From positions 3,700 through 67,699 of the IMG/VR virus record IMGVR_UViG_3300047548_000785: DNA of 64,000 nucleotides. The stretch is one strand, 5' to 3'. Both the position numbers and the translations under genes were made by a program. Each line of letters starts with the position of its first letter. The stretch's first letter is position 1. Shown in pieces: positions 19,101 through 28,157 of the stretch. This DNA comes from a virus. A model generated the notes under the pieces. The model saw only the letters and a list, made by a program, of their open reading frames with translations. It had not been told where the DNA came from and searched no databases.

Positions 19101-22100
19101 TCAAATTGATGAAGCTTCAAGGCAGGTAGTGGTACAACCAAATACCTGGACCAGGGTTTCACATTCACGCATAGCCTCAAGCACTACGCATACAGTACGA
19201 CTCTTACTTGCTAACGGTGGCGGTATTATGTTTGTTGATAATGCACTATTTGAAAAGGGTTCCTCTGTACTCAGCTACTTTGATGGTGAGACAACCAATC
19301 CAGATGCCGACTTAGAGTATGACTGGTCTGGTACTGCACATCAATCATCAAGTACGCTTTCTGGTACCGCAGTGGCTGGCTATACAAATAACGGAAGTGT
19401 TGCACTAATCCAATCTTCGGTTTGGGATTCAACAGGAAGCAAATCTATGAGAATGGTATCGCTTTCAAAATCTAATGAATCTGGTACTAGTGGTGCTCTT
19501 TATAACATAAGTACTTTGACTAATGGTAAGAAGTATACGGCAATGGTTAAGTATAGACTAACATCCCCACTCGTTGGTGATAAAAATCCAGAATATCTAA
19601 CATTGCGTGCTGCTAATTCGAGTGGAACGACAGTTGTTCGCACATCAAATGGATCAAATACAACTGGAGTACACGAGCTGAAACTTGTATTTACAAAAAC
19701 ATCAGAGATTACGGCAATACATTTATCTAGCGGTGTAGGGTCTGGTGCTGGAACAGTATGGTGGGACGACTTCTTAATTGTTGAGGGCGAATACAATGGA
19801 ACATATTTTGACGGGGACAGCGTAGACTCTGAAGTTATTGGTGAAAATGTTTTTGAATGGACTGGTACACCACATGCTTCTGCTTCTACAAAATCAATAC
19901 TACAAACAAGTTTACTAACAACAATGGTTAGCCCTTCGCTCGGATCTGTTGAAGACTTCAATGCTGAGATGGAATCAATTGCTTTTTCAGCATGGATATA
20001 CCCATTTGCAAGAATTATCGATGCCTATATTGGATACAGATATACAGACGTGAACGGTATCGATATCGAACATATTCAAAAATTTGATATTAATCAGCAA
20101 GATACCTGGAGCTTAATTTCCTATTCGTTTAAACTACCAACACAGTTTACAAATCTAAGAATGGTAATTAAAACTCTGGTTGCCCTTCCCACCAAAACAC
20201 CAACCACAGATAGCTACAAGTTCTTGGTACATGGAATGACAGCTGGACAATGGTCTGAATCATTCTTTACACGTTCTTTAGGAGCTACCGTTCAAGAACT
20301 TACAGATGAAATTGCTGTTTCTGGTACTGGAGTTTTTGCTAATGCATATGGTTTGCAACGGAATAATGGATATTATATGGCATACGATAACCGATTGGCT
20401 GCTCGTAATACTGGTATTCCAATGGTATATGGTGCTACAAATAGTACTAAGATTACACCAGCACCAACTGCTGGGGACCCATCATTTGTTTTTCCAGGGC
20501 TAGGTTTTATGAATGCTTCTGGACAGTATGCAAATCTTACATTAGAGTTGTGGCTTAAAATTCAGTCTTCAGCAACTCAACCAAGAAGAATATTGGGACC
20601 AGTAGCAGAAGGATCAACAGACGGACTATACGTTAATGATGGTCTTTTAGTTCTTAAAGTTGGAGAAAGTTTTGACTCCTACTTTATTAAAGAATGGGAT
20701 CGACCAATGTTAGTTGCAATTAAGCTAAAAGGTGATTCAGCACTACTATCAATTAATGGTGAAGAAGTTATTAGCTTAACGCTAGATCCATCGCAAGTGG
20801 AATTTCCAACAGAATTTATTACAATAGATAACGTAATCAAAAAACAAGACTTTATTGGTATTTATGCATATGAAGATGTGCCATCAATTGAGATTGACTG
20901 TATTGGAATTTATCCATATATTGTTCCAGATATTGTTGAAAAGCGACGTTTTGTCTACGGCCAAGGTGTAGATGTTCCAGAAGCAATTGTTGGATCTGGA
21001 TCAGACTCAACTGTTACTATTGATTATCCAGTTGCAAACTATGCAAAAAATTATCTATATCCAGATATTGGTAGATGGAACCAGGGTATTAACGAAAACC
21101 TAGAAATTAACAATACATCTATTAGCTCACCAACCTATGAACTACCAACACTATTCTTTTCTAATGAGTCAGAGTCTTCGTGGTACTCGGATATTGAGTC
21201 AATCCAAGTTTCTGGTCTAGAGCCATTTATTAATCTTAAACCTAATGTACTTTATGATGAAGCAGTAAGTGTTTGGGATAATACCGAAGCATATATATTA
21301 TTTGATTCAATTAGTACTTTGTCACAAGATCTTGAAGCTTTTTATGGTATATTTATGCCAAACTATTCTGCTGGTGTCAAGCAAACGCTTTTCTTTATAG
21401 AAGATGAAGAGTCGAGCAATTACTTTGAGATATTTATTAATGAAGACAATGAAATTGTATATGAGTTAGCAGTTGCTAATTCTGATACTGCCGGTGGGTA
21501 TGACAAAGAAGTTATTTATACATATCAATCAGAAGAGAGTACTATGATTCCAGTCGGAATTAATATTGATAGTTTTGCAAATACTTATGGCGGAAACGTT
21601 CTTGACTTCTTTGGCAAAGTGTCAACACTTAAGTTTTATGTTGCAGGAAGTCGGTTCCTTGAAAACACATTTGATGGAAACATTGTTTCTGTTGGATTCT
21701 GTACAGCTCGAAACCTACAAAAAATTCTAAGTCTATTCAATACAAATGGAACTATTATGACTTTGGAAGACTACGAGTCTGATGTACGCTTGTATGATGG
21801 TGGTAATGTTGTTACAACAATTTGGGAGGCAACAGTTGATGCAGGTAACACATTCTTTGGATCATCGTCTTCTGGATTTATTTCAATAGTAGACGGTGGA
21901 AGCCCATTTGGTATTCTAACAACTGCTGCTCAACGTCATACCGCTAGCTATACCTTATTGCCTAAGAACTACCTTGGCAAGTTTATGCTGGATATTGCTA
22001 CTAATGGGTACTGGCAAGACCATGTACCATTGGGATATTTTGGTAAATATGTAAATGCTGGTGATGGAACCGAATATTATGAATTAGATTTCTTGCAGTT

Positions 22101-23394
22101 TAATATTTCATACCCAAATATTCACAAATATTTAGAGGGCATTTATGATACAGAAAATTCAGTTGTTAAAACATTTGTGTCTTTCGACTATATGCAAGAT
22201 GACGCATCAATTGACATTGTTGGATATACAGATGGCAATAATGAGCCAAGACTAACTAGGCTCGAACCTGCACCTAGCTCTAATGTTATTACACCAGGAT
22301 CAAACTGGGCAGAAACATTGTATGAAATTACTAATGATACAGTTATTTATCCACCATCAGATACCGACTTTAACGACCTAGCTTTGGTATTGCATGTTGA
22401 AGTTATTTCAAATGGCATTATGGAGAGTCCAGTAGAAATTGAGTCTTTGCAAATAGCATCAACTGCACTTAATTCGTTTGTGCCAAATCCGGTGGGTACT
22501 AAAAATGGAAAAGAAATCTTCCCCTACCTACGCTCTTCTGGTTACTTTGACTATAAGGGTAAAAACCCATACTCAATCTATAAAGGAACGTCTCCATACC
22601 TTTACCTCACAGGTAATAGCGGAATTAAACTACTTGACTTTAAAGAAAATGCCATTGATAGAGGAATCAGTATTCCAATTAATACTGAAAAAACACCATA
22701 CTATAAGTTATCCGCCATTCAGCTTTCAGCTAGATATGATGCTGAAACTTTTCCAAATAGAGTTGTTGAAGTCATGGAAGTTGAAAGCAAAGAAGGAACC
22801 TTTAAAATTTATATGGCTCCAGAAGATGGTAGAGGAACGCGAGCAAGATTGTACCCAGTTGATGCACAAACTGGACTACCATATAATAATCTAGTTTTCT
22901 TTGTTAATGGCATACCAGTAACAGAGGCAATTGTTGAGATCAATTCCTGGTTTATGATAGCAATTGTGTTTAATTCTGCATTAGACTTTAGCTCAGCTAG
23001 TGGTGCTATTCGAATGACTGGACCACTCCTATTCAATAATCTTAGTTACTACAAAACTAGAGAAAGTGACGAGGTTAATAGGTCTACATACCGTAAATGG
23101 TTTGGTGTCTCTGTTATCGATGGTGAAGGAGTGCCTTGGGATTACTGGAAGAGTGGGGTACCAGAAATTGGTGTGCCGCAATCAGAATGGGCAATTCAAC
23201 CATTTACGTGGAGAACAGTGCTTTATGCAACACTTCTTCCATCCGCCGCTGTTGACGGAGAAACGCTTTATCGTAAGTTTACGGGTACCAATAGGTTTAC
23301 AGTAGACACAGACAGCCTACTTCGTATTCGTAACTATAAGTATTCTGCTTATAACGCTACTGGGTGGCAAACAAAAGTTACTTCACCTGTATAA
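13180..23394 (+). CDS. Giant virion protein, 3404 aa: FN3, two putative Ig (He_PIG-like), nine CBM4/9-like modules, LamG-like region
   Basis: LPSGLSISSSTGAITGTPT-type Ig repeats; nine NxxxN(P/S) and nine Y(F/Y)(D/N)G motifs; TLELWLKI LamG-like segment; RBS AGGAG. Confidence 0.85.
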   Translation: MAIITYLSNNSTPDSGSSWASSNVYSLWYPNVAVAAAHDGTFPIYVNYAALKIRSNVSSPALITSLLLKNNTSTWLSDNSPTAPYSTTTTSEIGFGFSDVVFLNTDGSLKVEVNSSAPPSLYFNTASVTGAAIKNATTDATIFSDKTIFGYLNYIAVPSSPGITNISNITNDGFSFKVSVPSFTGGESINGYRIQIATDTAFTQNLQTQDISYDGTNTTVNVTGKNPNTRYYIRAFAKNPLWSFAGKGSQWSNTATVQTAIYLPTFSDSSIVSSAYTGLSYSDQVTATSSALAGSITYAATGLPSGLSISSSTGAITGTPTTVGNSAITFTATNTDGQTVSPTRYLFITDSATLWFGPNLLDTAKTGLNYTANVYAFNATSYSVSTGQLPSGISLNTTTGEISGKTYDIGSFTFDITANISTDGGSGSITKTFTMTSEKSNVSAGLVSTPSNLYAERVYAEQPLALWSMDENVDYISKISENQRDMAQNWDVLNGDAAEFSDVTFTPPMASMINMVTVPDYEESPDAVLEATNLVTNPSMETGGASGIVIRENLIQNPTMDGIVPSSSQSIATNLATNPNMVTTSGTTTIRENLLANPSFEKVANGTDIVRSNLISNPSFELNTSGWTNLANTLLSRVPDNSIVGSYVAKLEATAGGTGSNFFAANTGSALNLVDPDKTYTFSVYVKSTTAKTIGIRHAWVDASQNVIGSINTFSATSLSANTWTRISTTQTAPENAYRVSVGVIGSASESWAPGDIIYIDGAMLEDSLVATTYFDGSLQDSLSEYYSWTETEHNSPSIQTAQLVTTLTNIAPNPNMAETDGVVDVKRNHANNPVAKYVGGSVDPAKQVSRTNLVANSSFETVTIGWQAIGTATLAPDGGQFFDGLSSAKLTCLAVGDGIEQVLGERPTVSPNTPYTLSVYVKGEAGKKAILLLDWFDASDTYISQVSSSSYTMTGDWQRMYFFGAISPNNAVTASINVRNLTSGAHTFYLDAVLFESSRILEPYFNGNTTDQLGFEYVWADIENNSVSRQLSEQIVIKENKIYNPSFENGFFGWSDVGINFYGFELSSDVAPGLSTKSLQVIAGANSGLKNLGIQALPSTQYTFSAWIKGPAGKTSILGVRYYDSSMTELSSPFPNFSSSIPFTGDWQRAYFTFTSPANTAYVEPEIQVQDISLTTFYVDDVMLEEGSTLNNYYDGNSVPSEGLRYKWSDEINDSTSIMYALPAKGFDCSGTQSIMYASNDATTESFARYYATSTHNNIIEVGAVSGLAIGTQYLFKAQVRSSTSRTFDYLIGANGQVSVALVPYTWKEVNMLYTVSATNTNVQLTLPSMVAGETFDIKEVLVEKTSGFSRPYFDGDFVSTDSDLTYGWRGEPHDSNSVLLGAKVYGVADDNGLDIRAFRSEAWSANGTRSLRIINYGGFNNDGITIASVDQTTYGSLNIPQLLPGKTYTVKAVARLNGTVSGSTYSRSICFATGSTIVSYVQAPNTIGTHELSLTFTVPADSTNHRIFLTSSGYNNPYNYDMWWDKLLIVRGEYDGLYFDGDTANEEDRYYSWAGEPSKSVSYRQGLGLYGWTGVNAAPVYELGHSRSGTASAFMRVSDNVEYPRMTSDNVPVLSGFSYSASAYMQLASDTNSRISIDWKDSAGVLISRSETSIATSPTGRISVSGVAPDGATQASVSLGFDDGTIASTQLSFDDVLFEQSPTINSYFDGDSLSVDGLSEGTIDWSGDDHASSSTVIEAGINDFSSILGKTSTYSISSVDFSGGKAARVFLRSSSQTDIAVNTVNTTEGNTYTLLIKARANSRSQIVYPQISGDVGDPVLLQQGVWTEIRMIGTAVTGATETVGLRLLNSMGHQFGDTIDIDYAMVVDGEYYNGYFDGSISNSELDGTVSWFGTPNNSISTLSGPEIYFWNGYNGGIVSSSSTVSNDSGYSALVLTSASDEGITSSPMPTVIGEPYTFSAYIYVKKQENVTIQIDEASRQVVVQPNTWTRVSHSRIASSTTHTVRLLLANGGGIMFVDNALFEKGSSVLSYFDGETTNPDADLEYDWSGTAHQSSSTLSGTAVAGYTNNGSVALIQSSVWDSTGSKSMRMVSLSKSNESGTSGALYNISTLTNGKKYTAMVKYRLTSPLVGDKNPEYLTLRAANSSGTTVVRTSNGSNTTGVHELKLVFTKTSEITAIHLSSGVGSGAGTVWWDDFLIVEGEYNGTYFDGDSVDSEVIGENVFEWTGTPHASASTKSILQTSLLTTMVSPSLGSVEDFNAEMESIAFSAWIYPFARIIDAYIGYRYTDVNGIDIEHIQKFDINQQDTWSLISYSFKLPTQFTNLRMVIKTLVALPTKTPTTDSYKFLVHGMTAGQWSESFFTRSLGATVQELTDEIAVSGTGVFANAYGLQRNNGYYMAYDNRLAARNTGIPMVYGATNSTKITPAPTAGDPSFVFPGLGFMNASGQYANLTLELWLKIQSSATQPRRILGPVAEGSTDGLYVNDGLLVLKVGESFDSYFIKEWDRPMLVAIKLKGDSALLSINGEEVISLTLDPSQVEFPTEFITIDNVIKKQDFIGIYAYEDVPSIEIDCIGIYPYIVPDIVEKRRFVYGQGVDVPEAIVGSGSDSTVTIDYPVANYAKNYLYPDIGRWNQGINENLEINNTSISSPTYELPTLFFSNESESSWYSDIESIQVSGLEPFINLKPNVLYDEAVSVWDNTEAYILFDSISTLSQDLEAFYGIFMPNYSAGVKQTLFFIEDEESSNYFEIFINEDNEIVYELAVANSDTAGGYDKEVIYTYQSEESTMIPVGINIDSFANTYGGNVLDFFGKVSTLKFYVAGSRFLENTFDGNIVSVGFCTARNLQKILSLFNTNGTIMTLEDYESDVRLYDGGNVVTTIWEATVDAGNTFFGSSSSGFISIVDGGSPFGILTTAAQRHTASYTLLPKNYLGKFMLDIATNGYWQDHVPLGYFGKYVNAGDGTEYYELDFLQFNISYPNIHKYLEGIYDTENSVVKTFVSFDYMQDDASIDIVGYTDGNNEPRLTRLEPAPSSNVITPGSNWAETLYEITNDTVIYPPSDTDFNDLALVLHVEVISNGIMESPVEIESLQIASTALNSFVPNPVGTKNGKEIFPYLRSSGYFDYKGKNPYSIYKGTSPYLYLTGNSGIKLLDFKENAIDRGISIPINTEKTPYYKLSAIQLSARYDAETFPNRVVEVMEVESKEGTFKIYMAPEDGRGTRARLYPVDAQTGLPYNNLVFFVNGIPVTEAIVEINSWFMIAIVFNSALDFSSASGAIRMTGPLLFNNLSYYKTRESDEVNRSTYRKWFGVSVIDGEGVPWDYWKSGVPEIGVPQSEWAIQPFTWRTVLYATLLPSAAVDGETLYRKFTGTNRFTVDTDSLLRIRNYKYSAYNATGWQTKVTSPV

Positions 23395-23412
23395 TATGGT
23401 ATACTTATGGTT

Positions 23413-23793
23413 ATGGACAAAATAATGAAGGGCCAAATTGGTAAAACTAAGATTCAGGTTATTGAAGAACCTTTCTCTAATGCAGGCTTATATATATGGG
23501 TAAAGCCAGATGGTAAGGCTTTTACTGGTGGAAATAATGACCCACTTTGTATTGAGTCAATGCGAGGAGATCAGTCTAAGATTGACGAACTAACAAAAGC
23601 TGCTGCCTATTATGGACAACCAGAAGGTCAGGCAGTGTTTTTCCCAAATCAAAGAATGGTTAGTGACGAAACACATAGCGAACAGGTTGATCGTATGGTT
23701 AACGGATTAATACCATCTGAAAATGACCTTGGTGCACTAATTGCAGCTAAAAAGACTATTGAGACATATGGAGCTGATGCATATAATGCATAA
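23413..23793 (+). CDS. Hypothetical protein upstream of the portal
   Basis: ORF track 23407..23793; ATG 23413 is 7 nt after TGGTATACT, so it is the likelier start. Confidence 0.75.
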   Translation: MDKIMKGQIGKTKIQVIEEPFSNAGLYIWVKPDGKAFTGGNNDPLCIESMRGDQSKIDELTKAAAYYGQPEGQAVFFPNQRMVSDETHSEQVDRMVNGLIPSENDLGALIAAKKTIETYGADAYNA

Positions 23794-25390
23794 TGACGGA
23801 TTAACTAGACTTGAAATTCCACTTAAATTGGATGACGTTATTGATGATGATACCAATAAGATTCTCGATCCATTTAATAAAACATGGGATGAAATTAAAG
23901 ATTACCATGGCCTAGACGTTAACTTTAAACGACGCAATACCAGAATCGCAAAAGCAGAGGCATCAGAAGCCTATCTAGATTCAGCTAGTGCAATTGACAG
24001 CGGTATTGATGGAGCCAAGTCTAAAAAGCTTAACCCAGGAGCTGTATATCGTAATGCTTATGGTATTTTTGATATCATTACACCACCCTATGATGTTTAT
24101 CAGCTTGCTGGATACTATGACACTTCCTTTGCTAATCACGCAGCTATTGACGCTAAGGTAGAAAACACTGTCGGACTAGGATATGATTTTACCGTTTCCG
24201 ATAAGACGATGCTAAAGCTTGAAATGAGTGAAAATAAAACTGCAGTTGAAAAGGCTAGAAAACGTATTGAACGTTTAAAAGTAGAACTCAGGGACTGGCT
24301 TGAAAGCCTTAATCAAGACGAGAGTTTTACAAGCATTATGGAAAAGGTTTACACAGATGTTCATTCTGTAGGAAATGGCTATATTGAAGTTGGTCGTAAA
24401 ATTAATGGAGAGATTGGATATATTGGTCATATCCCAGCAACAACTGTTCGTGTACGTCGCCTACATGATGGTTTTGTTCAAATGATTTCTAATAAAGTAG
24501 TTTACTTTAGAAATTTTGGGGCATCTAATCCAAACCCAATCACACAAGATCCACGTCCTAATGAGATAATCCACATTAAGGAATACTCTCCTCTTAATAC
24601 TTTTTACGGTGTACCAGATGTTATTGCTGCCATGCCTTCACTTCTGGGTGACGCACTTGCATCACAATATAACATTGATTATTTTGGTAACAAGGCAGTT
24701 CCTAGATATGTTGTTACACTAAAGGGTGCATCACTTTCTACAGAAGCAGAAGATAAACTATTTAAGTTTTTGCAAACCAACCTTAAGGGTCAATCCCACA
24801 GAACATTGTACATTCCTTTGCCAGGAGACTCTGACACCAATAAGGTTGAGTTTAAGATGGAACCGATTGAAAACGGTGTACAAGAAGGATCATTCCACAA
24901 CTATCGCCAACAGGTCCGTGATGATATTCTGATTGCCCATCAAGTACCATTATCTAAACTTGGTGGATCTGATTCTTCAGCAATTGCAGCTTCTTTAGCT
25001 CAAGATCGTACATTTAAGGAACAGGTTGCAAGGCCTGCACAGCGTAATTTGGAAAAAATTCTTAATAAGATTATTCGTGAAAAGACAGACATTCTAGATT
25101 TCAAGTTTAATGAGCTTACATTGACAGACGAAAATGTACAATCACAAATTCTAGAACGCTATGTACGTAATAAGATTATGGTTCCCAACGAAGCTCGTGA
25201 AGCAATTAACTTGCCACAACGTCCAGATGGTGACGAGCCAATGGAGATGTCTTCAAGACAAGCAGCAGATGCAACTGCAAACCAAATGCAAACACGTGAA
25301 CGTGATGCTGAAAGGTCTGCCAACCAATCTGATGGGGATGCCACTGTAGAAGGTCGCAATGCCCAGGGCGAGGGTCCTGCATCATCTTAA
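23786..25390 (+). CDS. Portal protein
   Basis: GNGYIEV, EIIHIKEY...YGVP, YFGNKAVP, AHQVP, MVPNEARE..NLP motifs. Start uncertain (track gives 23741). Confidence 0.92.
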   Translation: MHNDGLTRLEIPLKLDDVIDDDTNKILDPFNKTWDEIKDYHGLDVNFKRRNTRIAKAEASEAYLDSASAIDSGIDGAKSKKLNPGAVYRNAYGIFDIITPPYDVYQLAGYYDTSFANHAAIDAKVENTVGLGYDFTVSDKTMLKLEMSENKTAVEKARKRIERLKVELRDWLESLNQDESFTSIMEKVYTDVHSVGNGYIEVGRKINGEIGYIGHIPATTVRVRRLHDGFVQMISNKVVYFRNFGASNPNPITQDPRPNEIIHIKEYSPLNTFYGVPDVIAAMPSLLGDALASQYNIDYFGNKAVPRYVVTLKGASLSTEAEDKLFKFLQTNLKGQSHRTLYIPLPGDSDTNKVEFKMEPIENGVQEGSFHNYRQQVRDDILIAHQVPLSKLGGSDSSAIAASLAQDRTFKEQVARPAQRNLEKILNKIIREKTDILDFKFNELTLTDENVQSQILERYVRNKIMVPNEAREAINLPQRPDGDEPMEMSSRQAADATANQMQTRERDAERSANQSDGDATVEGRNAQGEGPASS

Positions 25391-25457
25391 ATAAAAATAG
25401 TGTATAATAGTAACAAAACTATAACAATGCATAAAAAAGGGTATATAATAAAGTAGT

Positions 25458-26735
25458 ATGACTATTTCTAAAGCACACTTTGAATCAGAAGGCGACAACG
25501 TTCGTCTATCAATGCCATTCAGCAAGGTAGATCAGGAACGTCGCATCGTCTCTGGTTTTGCTACCCTCGATAACATTGACAAGCAGCAAGACATTGTCAC
25601 AACTGAGGCATCCCTAAAAGCATTTGCTAAATTCCGTGGGAATATTAGAGAGATGCACCAACCATCTGCAATCGGTAAAATGGTATCTTTCAAAGAAGAT
25701 AAATACTTTGACCCAGAAACTAAAAAGTTTTATTCTGGGGTTTACGTATCTGCATATGTTTCTAAGGGTGCACAGGATGCATGGGAAAAAGTGCTAGATG
25801 GTACATACACAGGTTTTTCTATTGGTGGCCGTATGAATAAGTGGGATGACGCTTATGACGAAAAAATGGATGCATCAATTCGCATTATTAAAGACTACGA
25901 TCTAGTTGAGCTATCTTTGGTTGATAACCCTGCGAATCAGTTTGCCAGCATTCTATCTGTTGAAAAGGTAGATGGCGTAAACGTAGTTACTGGAGATAAC
26001 GTCAATCTTGAAATTGAAAATGTATTTTGGGATAAAGAGTCTGGACTAGTAATGCTTTCTGAAAAAGAGGTTGCAGTTAGTCCAACCTCTGGTGCACCAA
26101 TGCAAAATATAGGCTTCGTTGAGAAAAACGATGGAGATAAAACCAATATGATAAAGTTCTTAGTTGATAGTGCTAAAGGCATTAATACAATTGAGATTAA
26201 TAAGGAGGATAACATGACAGAAGAAATCGTAAATGATGCAGTTGCAGAAGAAGTAACTGTTGATGAAACTGTTGAGATCGCTCCAGAGGCAGATGCCGAA
26301 GTTGAAGCCACAGCTGTAGAGACTGAAAAGGCAGACATGCCTTCAGGCAGCTCAGCTGCAGGTGAAGACGAGGAAGAGGACGAAGAGGAAGAGTCCGAAG
26401 ACGAAGAGGTATCAAAGTCAAAAGAAGAAGAAGCTGTTAAAGCAGCTACTGAACTTAAGGATGCCGTTACATCAGCCTTTAGCGAAATCACAGCAGTAAT
26501 TAAATCACTTAGTGAAGAAATTGCTGCACTTAAGAAGTCCCAAGAACTCACAGATGCAAAACTTGCAGATGCTGAAAAGGGATTTGAAGATCTTGGAAAG
26601 TCCATTGATGCTCTAGAAGCAGATACAGCTTTCCGTAAGTCTGGCGATCTGGGCGAGATCGTACAGGAACCAGCAATGGTTGAAAAATCAGTATGGGGCG
26701 GACGTTTCCTCACAAATGCCGATCTACTGAAATAA
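25458..26735 (+). CDS. HK97-type prohead protease fused to acidic coiled-coil scaffold
   Basis: IVSGFAT..NIDKQQD, REMH, GFSIGG, ELSLVDNPAN; acidic helical C-terminal part. Confidence 0.9.
   Translation: MTISKAHFESEGDNVRLSMPFSKVDQERRIVSGFATLDNIDKQQDIVTTEASLKAFAKFRGNIREMHQPSAIGKMVSFKEDKYFDPETKKFYSGVYVSAYVSKGAQDAWEKVLDGTYTGFSIGGRMNKWDDAYDEKMDASIRIIKDYDLVELSLVDNPANQFASILSVEKVDGVNVVTGDNVNLEIENVFWDKESGLVMLSEKEVAVSPTSGAPMQNIGFVEKNDGDKTNMIKFLVDSAKGINTIEINKEDNMTEEIVNDAVAEEVTVDETVEIAPEADAEVEATAVETEKADMPSGSSAAGEDEEEDEEEESEDEEVSKSKEEEAVKAATELKDAVTSAFSEITAVIKSLSEEIAALKKSQELTDAKLADAEKGFEDLGKSIDALEADTAFRKSGDLGEIVQEPAMVEKSVWGGRFLTNADLLK
26214..26735 (+). CDS. Putative scaffolding protein from an in-frame internal start
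   Basis: TAAGGAGG-ataac-ATG in frame with the protease, exactly where the acidic region begins. Confidence 0.65.
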   Translation: MTEEIVNDAVAEEVTVDETVEIAPEADAEVEATAVETEKADMPSGSSAAGEDEEEDEEEESEDEEVSKSKEEEAVKAATELKDAVTSAFSEITAVIKSLSEEIAALKKSQELTDAKLADAEKGFEDLGKSIDALEADTAFRKSGDLGEIVQEPAMVEKSVWGGRFLTNADLLK

Positions 26736-26764
26736 AAAATTAAAATCACTGGGAGGTGAAATAT

Positions 26765-27877
26765 ATGTCGGAAGAAATCATTAAAAATATTCCTGGTACA
26801 GGCGGAGCTTATCCAAACAGCGATGGGCAGGTTGCATCAGGTGGTATTGGTGGTGTTTCAGATCCAGCTTTCCCATTCGTAGGTAACAACACTCCTGCGG
26901 AGGCTGAGTATGGTCTAACAAGCGGTCCAAACGCCGTTAACCCATCATTTACCGAGAACCCACGATACGAAGGTGCTGGTATCCTACGTCCTGAACAGGC
27001 TCGTCGTTTTATCGACTACGTCTGGGACGCTACCACACTCGCTAACGATGGTCGTCGCGTGACTATGCGTGCAAACACTATGGAACTTGAAAAGGTTAAC
27101 GTAGGTGAGCGTGTTGTTCGTGCTGCTAACCAGGGTGATGCATCATTCACAAATGCTGGTGCAACATTCAGCAAGATTGAGCTTACAACTAAGAAGCTAC
27201 GTCTTGACTGGGAAGTATCATCTGAAGCTCTCGAAGACAATATTGAAGGAGGTGCTCTTGAGGACCACTTGGTTCGTCTCATGACCACCGCTTTCGGTAA
27301 TGACATCGAGGACCTTGCTATTAACGGTGACACAGCACAGAGCGGAGATCCATTCCTTGGAATCATGGACGGATTCATTGCTCGCAACCAGAACGATGGC
27401 TACTCTCACGAGGCAGTTGTCGATCAGGCTGATGCTAACTGGACAGTTCACGACATGCAGAAGCTAGTTCTAGCTATGCCACGTCGTTACCGTGCACTCC
27501 AGACAGGACTTAAGTTCTATGCTGGAACTGACACATTCGCTAACATTGTCAAGAACAATGGTACAGTCTTCGACTCAATCGGTTCAACCGAAGCAGCTCG
27601 TGGATCATACCTTGGTGGTGTAGACCAGACAATTGGTGGAGCACGTCAAACTCGTGTACTTGGTATTCCAGTTCTCGAAGTTCCTTACTACCCTGCGGAC
27701 TATGTAGACCTTACATTCCCACAGAACCGTATTTGGGGCTTCCAGCGTGATATCACAGTTAACCGTTTCTACGTTCCTAAAAAGGACACAATCGAATACA
27801 CCGTATTCGTTCGATTCGGAATTAACTGGGAAGAGCAGGATGCAATCGCTTGGGCAACTAAGCCAGTAGCTTCCTAA
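26765..27877 (+). CDS. Major capsid protein (HK97 fold)
   Basis: GILRPEQARRFID, EVSSEALEDNIEG, DLAINGD...DGFI, VLGIPVLEVP; GGAGGTGA RBS; follows the protease. Confidence 0.93.
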   Translation: MSEEIIKNIPGTGGAYPNSDGQVASGGIGGVSDPAFPFVGNNTPAEAEYGLTSGPNAVNPSFTENPRYEGAGILRPEQARRFIDYVWDATTLANDGRRVTMRANTMELEKVNVGERVVRAANQGDASFTNAGATFSKIELTTKKLRLDWEVSSEALEDNIEGGALEDHLVRLMTTAFGNDIEDLAINGDTAQSGDPFLGIMDGFIARNQNDGYSHEAVVDQADANWTVHDMQKLVLAMPRRYRALQTGLKFYAGTDTFANIVKNNGTVFDSIGSTEAARGSYLGGVDQTIGGARQTRVLGIPVLEVPYYPADYVDLTFPQNRIWGFQRDITVNRFYVPKKDTIEYTVFVRFGINWEEQDAIAWATKPVAS

Positions 27878-27894
27878 TCCTGGATAACACCTTT

Positions 27895-27932
27895 AGGGGG
27901 GCAGGGACTTCGGTTCCTGCCCTCTTATTTTT
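27895..27932 (+). terminator. Intrinsic terminator after the capsid gene
   Basis: GGGCAGGGAC-TTCG-GTTCCTGCCC stem-loop with T-rich tail. Confidence 0.88.
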
Positions 27933-27974
27933 ATAATTATGATGTATAATAAGAAGAGTAGTTGAGGAGATAGC

Positions 27975-28157
27975 ATGTCAGACGAAGAATACGATAAGGT
28001 TGCCGTATATTCTTCTAGAAATGTTTTTTGGGAGGGTGTGGGAAGAATTTCCCGAGGCTACAATATAATGACCAAGGACAAAGCTGAAAAGTGGTTAACA
28101 AAAGATACCACTAGGATTGCTACGCCAGAAGAGGTCGCCAAGGAGTACGGAATTTAA
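27975..28157 (+). CDS. Hypothetical 60-aa protein
   Basis: RBS GAGGAG; stop overlaps the next start. Confidence 0.75.
   Translation: MSDEEYDKVAVYSSRNVFWEGVGRISRGYNIMTKDKAEKWLTKDTTRIATPEEVAKEYGI

Noticed and set aside
25937-26749. 270-aa Ser-rich minus-strand ORF
   Set aside because: Mirror of the Glu/Ala-rich scaffold codons. The same applies to the many short antisense ORFs over the tape measure and dnaE.
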